64,000 nucleotides of DNA from Gammaproteobacteria bacterium (GTDB lineage: Bacteria; Pseudomonadota; Gammaproteobacteria; SZUA-229). The position numbers were made by a program, and so were the translations under genes. The notes below the pieces were generated by a model. That model made no database searches and was not told the DNA's origin. It saw only the letters and a list, made by a program, of their open reading frames with translations. Of the stretch, positions 1 to 9,668 are shown in pieces. The DNA lies in the NCBI GenBank assembly GCA_029882215.1, contig JAOULC010000007.1, positions 13,546 to 77,545 of the forward strand. Direction: 5' to 3'. Positions within the stretch are counted from its first letter, which is position 1. Each line of letters starts with the position of its first letter.

Positions 1-687
1 AGTGACATCAATATCAGCATTGTTGAGGCTGCTGACAGAATTTTACCCGGCTTACCGCCCAAACTGTCACAGGCCACAGAAGATCAGCTCAGCAAGCTAA
101 ATATCAGCGTACTGAAAAACGAACGGGTTATTAAGGTCACAAAAACAGAGTTATTCACTGACACAGGGCGTATTATTCCCGCCTGCATTAAAGTATGGGC
201 TGCCGGCATCAAAGCACCCAGCTTTTTGAAAAATATCGACGGGCTTGAGACCAATCACATTAATCAGCTGGTCGTTAAACAGAACCTGCAAACCACCGTT
301 GATGAAAATATTTTCTCTATGGGTGACTGCGCTGCCTGCCCCTGGCCTGAGATGGATAAGAATGTCCCCCCCCGCGCACAGTCGGCTCATCAGCAAGCAG
401 CACTACTGGTCAAAACAATGAAGCGAAGACTGGCCGGCAAAACACTACCTGATTTCAAATATTATGATTACGGTTCGCTGGTTTCACTGGGTAAATACAG
501 CACAGTCGGCAATTTAATGGGCAACCTGACAGGCAGCGTAATGGTGGAAGGTTTTATGGCTCGAATGGTGTATTTGTCGCTATACAAACTGCACCAGTTT
601 GCTCTGTTTGGTTTTTACCGGACCATGTTTTTAAGCATTGCGCATTTATTTCGCGCCTCGGTTCACCCCGAAATCAAACTGCATTAA
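1..687 (+). CDS. ndh: Type II NADH dehydrogenase (NDH-2), 5'-truncated by window edge
   Basis: Frame 1 is open from base 1 (SDINISIVEAADRILPGLP...KVWAAGIKAP). Motifs GDCAAC, VPPRAQSAHQQA and DYGSLVSLG are typical of Ndh. Confidence 0.9.
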   Translation, partial: SDINISIVEAADRILPGLPPKLSQATEDQLSKLNISVLKNERVIKVTKTELFTDTGRIIPACIKVWAAGIKAPSFLKNIDGLETNHINQLVVKQNLQTTVDENIFSMGDCAACPWPEMDKNVPPRAQSAHQQAALLVKTMKRRLAGKTLPDFKYYDYGSLVSLGKYSTVGNLMGNLTGSVMVEGFMARMVYLSLYKLHQFALFGFYRTMFLSIAHLFRASVHPEIKLH

Positions 688-704
688 CCAACTATTTCCG
701 CACT

Positions 705-747
705 AAAAAAAAGGCCGTTAATCGCTTTGCAGCTTAACGGCCTTTTT
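705..747. terminator. Bidirectional intrinsic terminator between ndh and nhaD
   Basis: A-tract, aaggccgttaa...ttaacggcctt stem, T-tract between convergent genes. Confidence 0.85.
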
Positions 748-830
748 ATTGTTACTATTCAGTTGCTCGGGGGCAGGCTGACAGTGATACATCACGGGCA
801 GCGTGATTATTAACAGCTATTGCTAAGTCA

Positions 831-2213
831 TCAGAACATGCTGCTATTAATCCACATATGCACCCAGATACTGGCAACATAACCCAGTGCAATCACCGGT
901 GCCCACTTCAGGTGTCCGAAGAACGTGTACTTACCACGAGCCTGGCCCATTAATGCCACACCGGCAGCCGAGCCAATGGATAATAAACTACCACCGACAC
1001 CGGCGGTTAAAGTCACCAACAACCACTGGCCCTGTGACATGTCAGGATTCATCGTTAAAACGGCAAACATCACCGGAATATTATCTACAATGGCTGACAA
1101 CACGCCCACTGCAATATTCGCCGAAGTTGCACCCCACTGGTTATACATAATCTCTGATGCCAGTGATAAATAGCCGAGGAATCCCAGCCCACCCACACAC
1201 AAAACCACGCCATAGAAGAACAATAAGGTATCCCACTCAGCGCGTGCAATCTTGCTAAAAACATCAAACGGCACGATATCACCCATACGTGCACCGGCGT
1301 CCTGATGCTGCGTTTTTTTGATGTAATAGCCAAACAACTGCAGATACGACAGGCCGGTTAACATACCGATAACCGGTGGCAGATGAATAAAGTTATGGAA
1401 ACTGACGGCGGTAACAATCGTTAACAGAAAAAACATAATGATGCGTTTGGCTCCACGCTTCATATGAATCATTTCACCACTGGCGGTAGGCTGCTCGTTG
1501 GGAATAGCAAAATGCATAATTACCGACGGCACCAGAAAGTTAACAGCTGCAGGTACAAACAAGGCAAAGAACCCCCAGAAATCAACAATGCCTTTTTGCC
1601 AGACCATCAGCGTGGTGATGTCACCAAACGGGCTGAAGGCACCACCGGCATTGGCAGCGATAACAATATTAATACACGATAAGCTGACAAATTTAGTATT
1701 GCTACCACCAACAGCCATAACCACAGCACACATTAACAATGCCGTGGTTAAATTATCGGCTACCGGCGAGATAAAGAATGCCAGTATACCGGTTAACCAG
1801 AACAACTGACGAAAGCCAAAACCCTTACGAATCAGCCATGAACGCAGTGCATCAAAAACCAGTCGTTCTTCCATCGCGTTGATATAGGTCATTGCCACCA
1901 GTAAGAACAACATTAGCTCGGAGTATTCTAAAAGATTGTGTCGTACGGCCTGCTCCGCTGTATGCGACATACCGTTATTAGCGTAGATAACACCAATCAT
2001 AGCCCAGATAATACCGGCTGCTAAAATAACCGGCTTTGACTTACGCAGATGGGTAAACTCTTCTGCCATGACAAACAAATAAGCAATCACGAAAATCAGT
2101 ATTGATGCATAACCCACTGCACTAGTGGTGAGATCAAGAGTTTGCGCAGCCGTTGTGGATGCGCTTGCAAGCATCGGCATGAACAGCAAACCGAGAATTG
2201 ACAAAAGTTTCAA
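831..2213 (-). CDS. nhaD: Na+/H+ antiporter, NhaD family
   Basis: Multi-TM protein with EEFTHLRKSKP, ISPVADNLTTAL, ANAGGAFSPFGDITT, SAIVDNIP and GGSLLSIGSAAG. TTG start with AGGGGA SD. Confidence 0.9.
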   Translation of the reverse strand: MKLLSILGLLFMPMLASASTTAAQTLDLTTSAVGYASILIFVIAYLFVMAEEFTHLRKSKPVILAAGIIWAMIGVIYANNGMSHTAEQAVRHNLLEYSELMLFLLVAMTYINAMEERLVFDALRSWLIRKGFGFRQLFWLTGILAFFISPVADNLTTALLMCAVVMAVGGSNTKFVSLSCINIVIAANAGGAFSPFGDITTLMVWQKGIVDFWGFFALFVPAAVNFLVPSVIMHFAIPNEQPTASGEMIHMKRGAKRIIMFFLLTIVTAVSFHNFIHLPPVIGMLTGLSYLQLFGYYIKKTQHQDAGARMGDIVPFDVFSKIARAEWDTLLFFYGVVLCVGGLGFLGYLSLASEIMYNQWGATSANIAVGVLSAIVDNIPVMFAVLTMNPDMSQGQWLLVTLTAGVGGSLLSIGSAAGVALMGQARGKYTFFGHLKWAPVIALGYVASIWVHMWINSSMF

Positions 2214-2320
2214 AACACTTCCCCTAAGATTTAATTTTGAGAGTCCGCGCCTTGCCGTCCCTGGCAGTGCGGATTTGGGATGCTTTTACAAATTCAAAAT
2301 AATAGTAAGATTTATTATTT

Positions 2321-4282
2321 TTATAATTTTACGTCGAAAACTAAATTCATCATTACCATTAATACAATCAGGAACAGTACCGTCATGATACCGCCGGCTT
2401 TCATGAAGTCTGGAACCCGATAACCGCCCGGCCCCATGATCAGCGCATTCACCTGATGAGTTGGAATTAAGAAAGAGTTAGATGTAGCCAGTGCAACGGT
2501 CAAAGCAAACACCGCAGGGTTCGCACCGGCACCAATTGCAATGTTTACCGCCAGTGGCACCAGTAATACGGTTGCACCGACATTTGACATAACCAGCGTA
2601 AAGAACGTTGCCAGCACGGCAACTGCTAACTGAATCACCCAGATAGGTGCCCCGTCCATCAGTACTAGTGTCTGATCGGCAATCCACTTAGCGGTACCGG
2701 TTGACTCAACGGCAAAACCCAATGGTATTAAGCTGGCCAGTAAGAATACCGTTTTCCAGCTTACCGCTTCATAGGCTTCATCAATACTTAAAACACCCGA
2801 TAAAATCATGCCGATCGCACCTGTTAATAATGCCACCGATAAACGCAAATCAGTAAACAGCACCATAAACAGGGCAACCGCAAAGAAGAACAACGCAAAA
2901 CCCAGTTTATGCGGGCGGCTTTCTTCATGCGGGTATTCAGTGGTCACCACAACAAAGTTTTTAGTGTCTTTTTCTAAACGCGACAATGCATCCCAGCTTG
3001 TGTGGCAAACTAAGGTATCACCTGCCAGAAAAGGCAGATCACGCACGCCGGCGCCTTCACGGATTGTTTCGCCGCCACGGTGAATAGCCATAACAGCCAG
3101 ACCATAGGTTTTACGCATCCAGACATCAACTGCTGATTTTCCAATCAGGCTCGAGCCCGGTGCAATCACCACTTCAGCCATACCGCTCTTAGACGGGTCG
3201 AGTAGTTCCTTGAAGACAACCAGTTCGCTCGAAACATCTGCGCCAATCGCATCGGCCAGTGCTGTTACCTGTACAGAATCAGCTACCACGCCCAGCGTCT
3301 GACCTACTTCTAATTCAGTATCACGGTTCGGTAAAATTGGCGCAGGACTTCCTGCACATATTGCGACGATACGAACTTTATAAGCCCGCTCCAGTGTCAT
3401 CAGATTTCGGCCCAGTAACGGGCTGCCTTCCGTGACTTTAATTTCATACATATCGTAGTGAACGCCATATGTTTCTTTATAGTAATCCAGCGTATCAGTA
3501 CCTTCCGAGCCATCTGATTTAACCACTGGCAAAACAAAGCGACCGGCAATCACGAAGTAGGTAATACCAACCGTTACCATCACAATACCAATCGGGGTAA
3601 CTGAAAATAACGACCAGGTACCCATTTGCTGATCAGCCGGCAGCGCGGTATTTGATGTCAGAATCAGGTCATTCAAAAGAATTAGCGGACTAGAACCCAC
3701 CATGGTCATGGTACCGCCCAAGATCGCAGTAAACCCCATCGGCATTAATAAACGAGACATCGGCAAACCGGAGCGTGCAGAGATACGTGAGACAACCGGC
3801 AGGAACAACGCCGCGGCACCAACGTTTTGCATGAATGATGAAATAAAACCAACCGTTGCTGAAATAATTGGAATGATACGCGCTTCTGTCGTACCACCTA
3901 TTTGCAAGATAAACGCAGCCACTTTTGTCATCAGGCCGGTTTTATCCAGCCCCGCGCCTATGATCATAACCGCGACAATCGACATAACCGCGTTACTGGC
4001 AAAACCATTAAATAGTATTGAGGTGTCAACCAGACCTTTGTCAAGGCCCATATAAGGTGCCAGCAATGTTGTTAAACCCAGCAACACCATGACAGTAATG
4101 GCTGCAACATCAACATCAACCACCTCAAAAGCAAACAGGTAAATAGTCAGCAATAAAATCGCTGTTACCCAGGCAATCTGAATACTGGGAACAACCGTCG
4201 ACAGATAAACAGCTAACACAGAGAAAATGGCAGCGGCAACCAGCTGCTTTATGTTCTCTTTAGAATCAAAAAAATTTGCCAC
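2321..4282 (-). CDS. SLC13/DASS-family permease with two TrkA-C domains
   Basis: N- and C-terminal TM blocks (SSFMQNVGA, GGTMTMVGSSP, VMSNVGAT, IPTHQVNALIMGPGGY) flank a soluble TrkA-C-like region. Likely GTG start at 4282 after GGAGG. Confidence 0.85.
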   Translation of the reverse strand: MANFFDSKENIKQLVAAAIFSVLAVYLSTVVPSIQIAWVTAILLLTIYLFAFEVVDVDVAAITVMVLLGLTTLLAPYMGLDKGLVDTSILFNGFASNAVMSIVAVMIIGAGLDKTGLMTKVAAFILQIGGTTEARIIPIISATVGFISSFMQNVGAAALFLPVVSRISARSGLPMSRLLMPMGFTAILGGTMTMVGSSPLILLNDLILTSNTALPADQQMGTWSLFSVTPIGIVMVTVGITYFVIAGRFVLPVVKSDGSEGTDTLDYYKETYGVHYDMYEIKVTEGSPLLGRNLMTLERAYKVRIVAICAGSPAPILPNRDTELEVGQTLGVVADSVQVTALADAIGADVSSELVVFKELLDPSKSGMAEVVIAPGSSLIGKSAVDVWMRKTYGLAVMAIHRGGETIREGAGVRDLPFLAGDTLVCHTSWDALSRLEKDTKNFVVVTTEYPHEESRPHKLGFALFFFAVALFMVLFTDLRLSVALLTGAIGMILSGVLSIDEAYEAVSWKTVFLLASLIPLGFAVESTGTAKWIADQTLVLMDGAPIWVIQLAVAVLATFFTLVMSNVGATVLLVPLAVNIAIGAGANPAVFALTVALATSNSFLIPTHQVNALIMGPGGYRVPDFMKAGGIMTVLFLIVLMVMMNLVFDVKL

Positions 4283-4525
4283 TATGGCCTCCAAATACTA
4301 AAAGTGTGCTCAGACTGGCCGTTAGAAACACTCTTTCAGATGGCTCATAGACGGAAAAGCTGAGGAAAAAACAGACTCAATATATACTAAACCCGGTGCA
4401 ATTTGAAGCGACTATACCAAACAGGATATACCCGCTGTGCACTCAGACAGGACTTTTTATAAAATAATTTTGTCTCAGTAAGCCCGTCTTTTTATTTTAA
4501 CGACGGATACTTCACACGCTGCATT

Positions 4526-5989
4526 TTATTGCGGTTGCATTAACGGCAAGGTGAAATGAAAAATAACACCTGTCTGATCTTTGGCATTTTCTGCCCAGAT
4601 ATTGCCATGATGCGCTAAGATAATTTTTTTACTAACAGACAACCCCAGTCCGGCACCACCGGCGCCATCTTTGGTTTCGCTGCTCTGAACAAAGCTGTCG
4701 AAAATATTTGATACTTCATCATCGGGTATTAGCGGACCCTTGTTTTGAATCTGAAAGTGTATACTCAGCTCATTTATTACATCTTTTTTTATTATGATTT
4801 CAACCTTTGAGCTTGCCTCAGAAAATTTAGCTGCATTAGCTAACAAGCTCATTATCACTGTATAAATCCCTTTTAAATCAAATTCAGCAAGCGCTTCAAC
4901 ATCACTCTGCACTGAAACAACAAGCTGCTTTTCTTGCAACAACACCGTACTCTCATCACAACAACTATCAGTCAGTGTTTTTAAGTTATGCATTTCATAA
5001 AAAACTTCATAGCCGCCGGTCTCCAGCTTTGAAAGATCCAGCAGCTTATCAATTAAAACCATCAGCCTAATTCCTGACTTTCGTATCATGCTGAAATATT
5101 CGCTCTCACTCACAGAACAAGCCACCTTGTTCTCGCCAAGTTCTGAATAGCCAAGAATGGCGTGCATTGGTGTTCGTAGCTCATGTGATATGTTAGCAAT
5201 GAATTCACTTTTAGCTTTATTAGCAAACTCGGCCTTTTGCTTCGCTGAAAGCGCATCATCACGTGCGACTTTTAAGGCTTCAAAAGACTTGACGAGGTGC
5301 GAAGACATTGCATCAAAGCTTCGCGCCAGCTCACCGATCTCGTCCTGGCGATTAAATATATGAGGAGAAAACCTAACACCTTGCTCCAGTGTAAAATCCG
5401 CTGCTGCACGGGTGAGTTGTCTTATCGGCCTGATGATCTTATCCGCGATAATATAAACCCCAGCCATCAGCAGTAAACTGGCCATCAGCATAATAGCCAT
5501 TAAGCGATATAATTTTTCTTCATCATGATCGTGGCTAAAATCCATGTAATAAGCAACATGAGCATTAGCCAGATGTGTGTTTCCTGAGACAGCTGAAGAA
5601 ACAACCTCCGTCACTGGTCGCTGCTGATACATGCTTCTTTTTGTCACTTGTACAACAGGTTTTGCTTCGGTTACCATTTTTTTCCCGACTTCCGGCAAGT
5701 CTGTATGTGCCAGCACTTCTCCTTCTGGCCGCACCAGTGCTGCGTAAGCATAGCCGTCCTCTGGTAAGGACAAACTCACCCCCCGGTTCATCAGCTCATA
5801 ATTTTCTGCTACCAGTGCATCAATACTGCCTTCAGCCAGAATTTTAGCGTGATGCAAAGCCATACTTTTATGATGCTCATCCATGTTTTCATCAGCATCT
5901 TTAATGATCACTACTGCTGTCAGCCACAGAGCCACTCCCATTACAGTCAATAAGCTAATCATTAAGCGTAAGCGAATACTTATTTTCAT
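4526..5989 (-). CDS. Membrane sensor histidine kinase (periplasmic sensor, HAMP, HisKA, HATPase)
   Basis: Two TM segments, HAMP DEIGELARSF, H-box SHELRTPM, N-box LLANAAKFS, G2 GAGLGL. Confidence 0.9.
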   Translation of the reverse strand: MKISIRLRLMISLLTVMGVALWLTAVVIIKDADENMDEHHKSMALHHAKILAEGSIDALVAENYELMNRGVSLSLPEDGYAYAALVRPEGEVLAHTDLPEVGKKMVTEAKPVVQVTKRSMYQQRPVTEVVSSAVSGNTHLANAHVAYYMDFSHDHDEEKLYRLMAIMLMASLLLMAGVYIIADKIIRPIRQLTRAAADFTLEQGVRFSPHIFNRQDEIGELARSFDAMSSHLVKSFEALKVARDDALSAKQKAEFANKAKSEFIANISHELRTPMHAILGYSELGENKVACSVSESEYFSMIRKSGIRLMVLIDKLLDLSKLETGGYEVFYEMHNLKTLTDSCCDESTVLLQEKQLVVSVQSDVEALAEFDLKGIYTVIMSLLANAAKFSEASSKVEIIIKKDVINELSIHFQIQNKGPLIPDDEVSNIFDSFVQSSETKDGAGGAGLGLSVSKKIILAHHGNIWAENAKDQTGVIFHFTLPLMQPQ

Positions 5990-6257
5990 TTATTAAACCC
6001 TGCTGACTTCGCTAAACATTCTGCCACTCTTATTGCTAACTGTCTCTGTTATTACAGACATTTTTCATGCGTAAGCAGCCGGTTCTATTTTTTTAGCTGC
6101 AAAGTAAATACACGTATCAGCACAGCTATTGACGCTTTATTATTACAAACTGATACAAACACTGATTAAGTCTACTTCACTCTGACGACTAAATACCCTG
6201 AATTACTCCCTTTTAACGAGATTGTAACTCTACTGATCGGCGCACTTAATTTATGGC

Positions 6258-6292
6258 AAAAAAAAAGCCGGCATCAAGGCCGGCTTTTTTTT
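6258..6292. terminator. Intrinsic terminator downstream of sulP
   Basis: aaaaaaaaagccggc-atcaag-gccggctttttttt. Confidence 0.9.
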
Positions 6293-6309
6293 GCGGTTTA
6301 TGTGTTAAT

Positions 6310-8094
6310 TTACTTTAGTTTTGGATCTTCCTGACATTCTTTGAAAACGCGTTTATCGCAGGCTTTACATATGGTCTTGTCCAGCTTTTGATAAATACCT
6401 CTGATAGCCACTTCTCTGGACTGGAACACATTGCGCCCGCCCATCTCATCCAGACAACCACAAGCTTCCAGTGACTCCCATAAGCCTTCTTTAACGTGGA
6501 TCAGGTACATGTCCCCGCCAATGGCATGCCGGCGTTTGGCTTCTTTAACCAATGCAGAGCCACCTTGTATATCGGCAAAATTAATACCCTGTGCATTAAT
6601 TGCCAGATGTTTTTGCTCCGGATACTGGTCTTCTATTTTTGCAAATGCATCTGCTATGTGATTTGCTGAACCGAAGAAAACAGAGCCATCAATACGTAAA
6701 AAGTGTAGCTGGGGACACTGCGGCAGCCCCGGATCACTGGAGAACGCATGTTTCTCCAGACGAGGATCCGGTGTACGCGTTACGATGCGAGGCTTGGAAA
6801 CCTTCATCAGGTACAACATCAGCGATAATAAGACACCGGCGAAGATAGCAAATTCCAGCTCGAGGAATAAAGCACCCAGCAAGGTAACGCCCATAATACT
6901 GATTTCACTGCGGTTACTGTGCAGAATATGGCCTAACTCTTTAAAATCGATCAAGCCCCAGGCCACCAGAAACAAAATACCGGCCATCGCTGCTTTCGGT
7001 AAAAAGGCGGCATAAGGTGCTACCATAACCACGATCACAACCAGCATACTGCCAGCAAACACAGCCGCTAATGGCGTTTTTGCACCCGACTGATAATTCA
7101 GGCCACTGCGGTTAAATGAGCCAGTCGCCACATAACCAGAGAAGAAACTGCCGGCAATATTAGACAAGCCCTGACCGATGAATTCCTGATTACCATCAAT
7201 ACGCTGACCACTGCGCGAACCAATAGAACGACCGATGGATACCGCTTCGGTGAGTGCAAACAGGGTAACGGCGAGTGCGACCGGTGCCAGATCACGGATA
7301 ACACTTAATGTGAAGTTGGGTGATGATAACGGTGGCAAGGTATCCGGTAATGCACCCACCACAGCAATCTGAGTGACTTCGCTGCCAAACATCATATTCA
7401 GCACATAAGCCAGAGCACTACCGATTAACATGGCAATAATCATGTAAGGGAGTTTTGGAAACCAGCGCTTTATTGCGATACCGGATAATAAAGTAACCAG
7501 CGCCACTGCCGTGACGTAGATATTAATATTGGGAATCTGCTGGTAAAAACTCACCAAGACGTCATTCAGATGCCCGCCTCTTGGCATTTCCACACCAAAG
7601 AAGTTCTTTAACTGTTTGCTGGCAATTAAAATAGCTGCGCCAGCTGTGAAACCTACAATCACCGAATGAGAAATGAAGTTAACCAGCGCCCCCATTCTCG
7701 CCAGACCCATCACCAGCTGAATGATACCGACCATAAATGTCAGTGTTAATGCCAGCACCACAAAGTCCATTGAACCGGGCGCGGCATACACACTCAGCGA
7801 AGAAAACAGTACCACAGATGCCGCCGTGGTCGGACCCGACACCAGATGCCAGGATGAACCCCACAATGCCGCAACAATCGCCGGCACCATACCCGCATAA
7901 AGGCCATATTCAGGCGGCATACCCGCAATGGTTGCAAAGGCAACGCCTTGCGGCAACACCACAACGGCGCCGGTTAACCCGGCCATCAGGTCAATGCGTA
8001 AGCTTTGACCAGTGACCCGAGGCCACCATAAAAGAAAAGGAAAGACTTTATAAAACCAGTCAGGCTGTGATTTTTTGTTTTGCGTGTTCGTCAT
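6310..8094 (-). CDS. SulP/SLC26 anion permease with C-terminal STAS domain
   Basis: DLMAGLT, PQGVAFA, GLY, GPTT, NQEFIGQG, GSFNRS; STAS LRIDGSVFFG. Confidence 0.92.
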   Translation of the reverse strand: MTNTQNKKSQPDWFYKVFPFLLWWPRVTGQSLRIDLMAGLTGAVVVLPQGVAFATIAGMPPEYGLYAGMVPAIVAALWGSSWHLVSGPTTAASVVLFSSLSVYAAPGSMDFVVLALTLTFMVGIIQLVMGLARMGALVNFISHSVIVGFTAGAAILIASKQLKNFFGVEMPRGGHLNDVLVSFYQQIPNINIYVTAVALVTLLSGIAIKRWFPKLPYMIIAMLIGSALAYVLNMMFGSEVTQIAVVGALPDTLPPLSSPNFTLSVIRDLAPVALAVTLFALTEAVSIGRSIGSRSGQRIDGNQEFIGQGLSNIAGSFFSGYVATGSFNRSGLNYQSGAKTPLAAVFAGSMLVVIVVMVAPYAAFLPKAAMAGILFLVAWGLIDFKELGHILHSNRSEISIMGVTLLGALFLELEFAIFAGVLLSLMLYLMKVSKPRIVTRTPDPRLEKHAFSSDPGLPQCPQLHFLRIDGSVFFGSANHIADAFAKIEDQYPEQKHLAINAQGINFADIQGGSALVKEAKRRHAIGGDMYLIHVKEGLWESLEACGCLDEMGGRNVFQSREVAIRGIYQKLDKTICKACDKRVFKECQEDPKLK

Positions 8095-8195
8095 ACAGGC
8101 TCCGTATTATGAAAGTATATTCCGTTAACACTGCCGAGAAGATTTATAACGGAGACCGGCCTGAAGAGTATCCAGCAGAAAGCCAGTAGCCCGCA

Positions 8196-8224
8196 ATATT
8201 AGCATAATCTAATAACCCTCTCAA
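8196..8224 (-). promoter_or_regulatory. Sigma70-type promoter of sulP overlapped by a palindromic operator
   Basis: Minus strand TTGAGA-17nt-TAATAT with TG extended -10; inverted repeat TATTAG-N6-CTAATA at 8197-8214. Confidence 0.55.
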
Positions 8225-8351
8225 TCTGCTCAAACCGCTATAGCACTTAAAGCTTATTATCCGAGTGTTCTTTAATCTCTCTGAATGTACTAAAATAGCC
8301 TATCTGGCAGACCTTACTACCTATACCTTATCGTCATTCTTGTGGATTAAT

Positions 8352-9395
8352 ATGAGCAAACAATACAAAGCAGCCGCCCTGATATCAGGTGGCCTCGATT
8401 CTTTATTAGCCGCAAAAGTGATGCTGGAGCAGGGTATTCATGTTGAAGGCATTAATTTCTACACCGGTTTTTGCGTTGAGGGTCATACCGCCGCTATTCG
8501 CAAAAAACATCAGGACAAAGCCAAACGCAATAACGCACTGTGGTCAGCCGAACAACTAGGCATTAAGTTACACATTGTCGATATCGTTGAAGAATACAAA
8601 GATGTTTTGATCAATCCAAAACACGGCTATGGTGCCAATATGAACCCGTGTCTCGACTGTAAAATCTTTATGGTTAAAAAAGCCAAACAATGGATTGAAG
8701 AGAATGATTTCGATTTCATCATCACCGGTGAAGTCATGGGTCAGCGCCCGATGTCGCAGCGTAAAGAGGTCATGCCGGTTGTGGTAAACGAATCCGGTGC
8801 CGGTGATATATTACTGCGTCCACTGTGCGCAAAGAACCTGCCTAAAACACGGCCCGAAATTGAAGGCTGGGTAGATCGTGACAAATTACTCGCTTTTCAT
8901 GGTCGTAATCGCAAGCCGCAAATGGCACTGGCTAAAGAGTTTGGTTTTGAGGATTATGCCGCACCGGCCGGTGGTTGCTGTTTTCTCACCGATGAAAACT
9001 ATTCAACCAAGCTGGTTGACTTATGGCAGGCTCGCAGCAGCCGTGACTACGAAATGGATGACATCATGCTGCTTAAAATTGGCCGCCACCTACGACCCAA
9101 ACCTTACTTCAAACTCATTGTCGGTCGTGAAGAAGGTGAAAACAAATTCATGCAGGGCTATACCAAAACGTATACCAATATAAAAACCGTGAGCCATGCC
9201 GGGCCGCTTTGTTTAATTGACGGCCCCGCCGATAAAGATGACCTGCTATTTGCTGCGCAGATGGTTGCACGCTATAGTCAGGGGAAAAACGAAGACAATG
9301 TCATTCTCTCAATTAACCAGCCTAATGCTGAACCTTACGAAGTCAGCGTTAAGCCGCTAGCGGCCAGTGAAATTAAGCAGGAGTGGCACGTATGA
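8352..9395 (+). CDS. PP-loop tRNA thiolase, ThiI/MnmA-like, with DUF814-type C-terminus
   Basis: SGGLDS PP-loop, NPCLDCK, TGEVMGQRPMSQ, PAGGCCFL, GRH. Start taken as ATG 8352. Confidence 0.8.
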   Translation: MSKQYKAAALISGGLDSLLAAKVMLEQGIHVEGINFYTGFCVEGHTAAIRKKHQDKAKRNNALWSAEQLGIKLHIVDIVEEYKDVLINPKHGYGANMNPCLDCKIFMVKKAKQWIEENDFDFIITGEVMGQRPMSQRKEVMPVVVNESGAGDILLRPLCAKNLPKTRPEIEGWVDRDKLLAFHGRNRKPQMALAKEFGFEDYAAPAGGCCFLTDENYSTKLVDLWQARSSRDYEMDDIMLLKIGRHLRPKPYFKLIVGREEGENKFMQGYTKTYTNIKTVSHAGPLCLIDGPADKDDLLFAAQMVARYSQGKNEDNVILSINQPNAEPYEVSVKPLAASEIKQEWHV

Positions 9396-9616
9396 GTGCG
9401 CACACACTGGATGTACGCCGGCTACTTTGCCCGATGCCGGTAATACGTACGCAAAACAAAGTGAATGAGCTGCAAGCCGGTGACACCTTAGTGGTCAGCT
9501 GTACCGACCCCGGTGTGCTAAATGACATCCCTGCCTGGTGCCGGATTAATGGCCATAAAATACTCAGCACTAAAGAACATGACGATGAAATTATCATTGA
9601 GGTTGAAGTCTGCTGA
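9392..9616 (+). CDS. tusA: TusA/SirA-family sulfurtransferase
   Basis: LDVRRLLCPMPV (CPxP) and TDPG..NDIPAWC. ATGA overlap with the upstream stop. Confidence 0.85.
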   Translation: MSAHTLDVRRLLCPMPVIRTQNKVNELQAGDTLVVSCTDPGVLNDIPAWCRINGHKILSTKEHDDEIIIEVEVC

Positions 9617-9668
9617 TTAATGCTCAGCAGACTTCAACGCTTTTACAGGTTTTCTGGCTGCTCCAGCT

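Noticed and set aside
4295..4440. Na+/Li+ (nhaA-type) riboswitch upstream of the permease-nhaD operon
   Set aside because: Only a weak hairpin and no recognisable consensus; an Rfam cmscan would be needed
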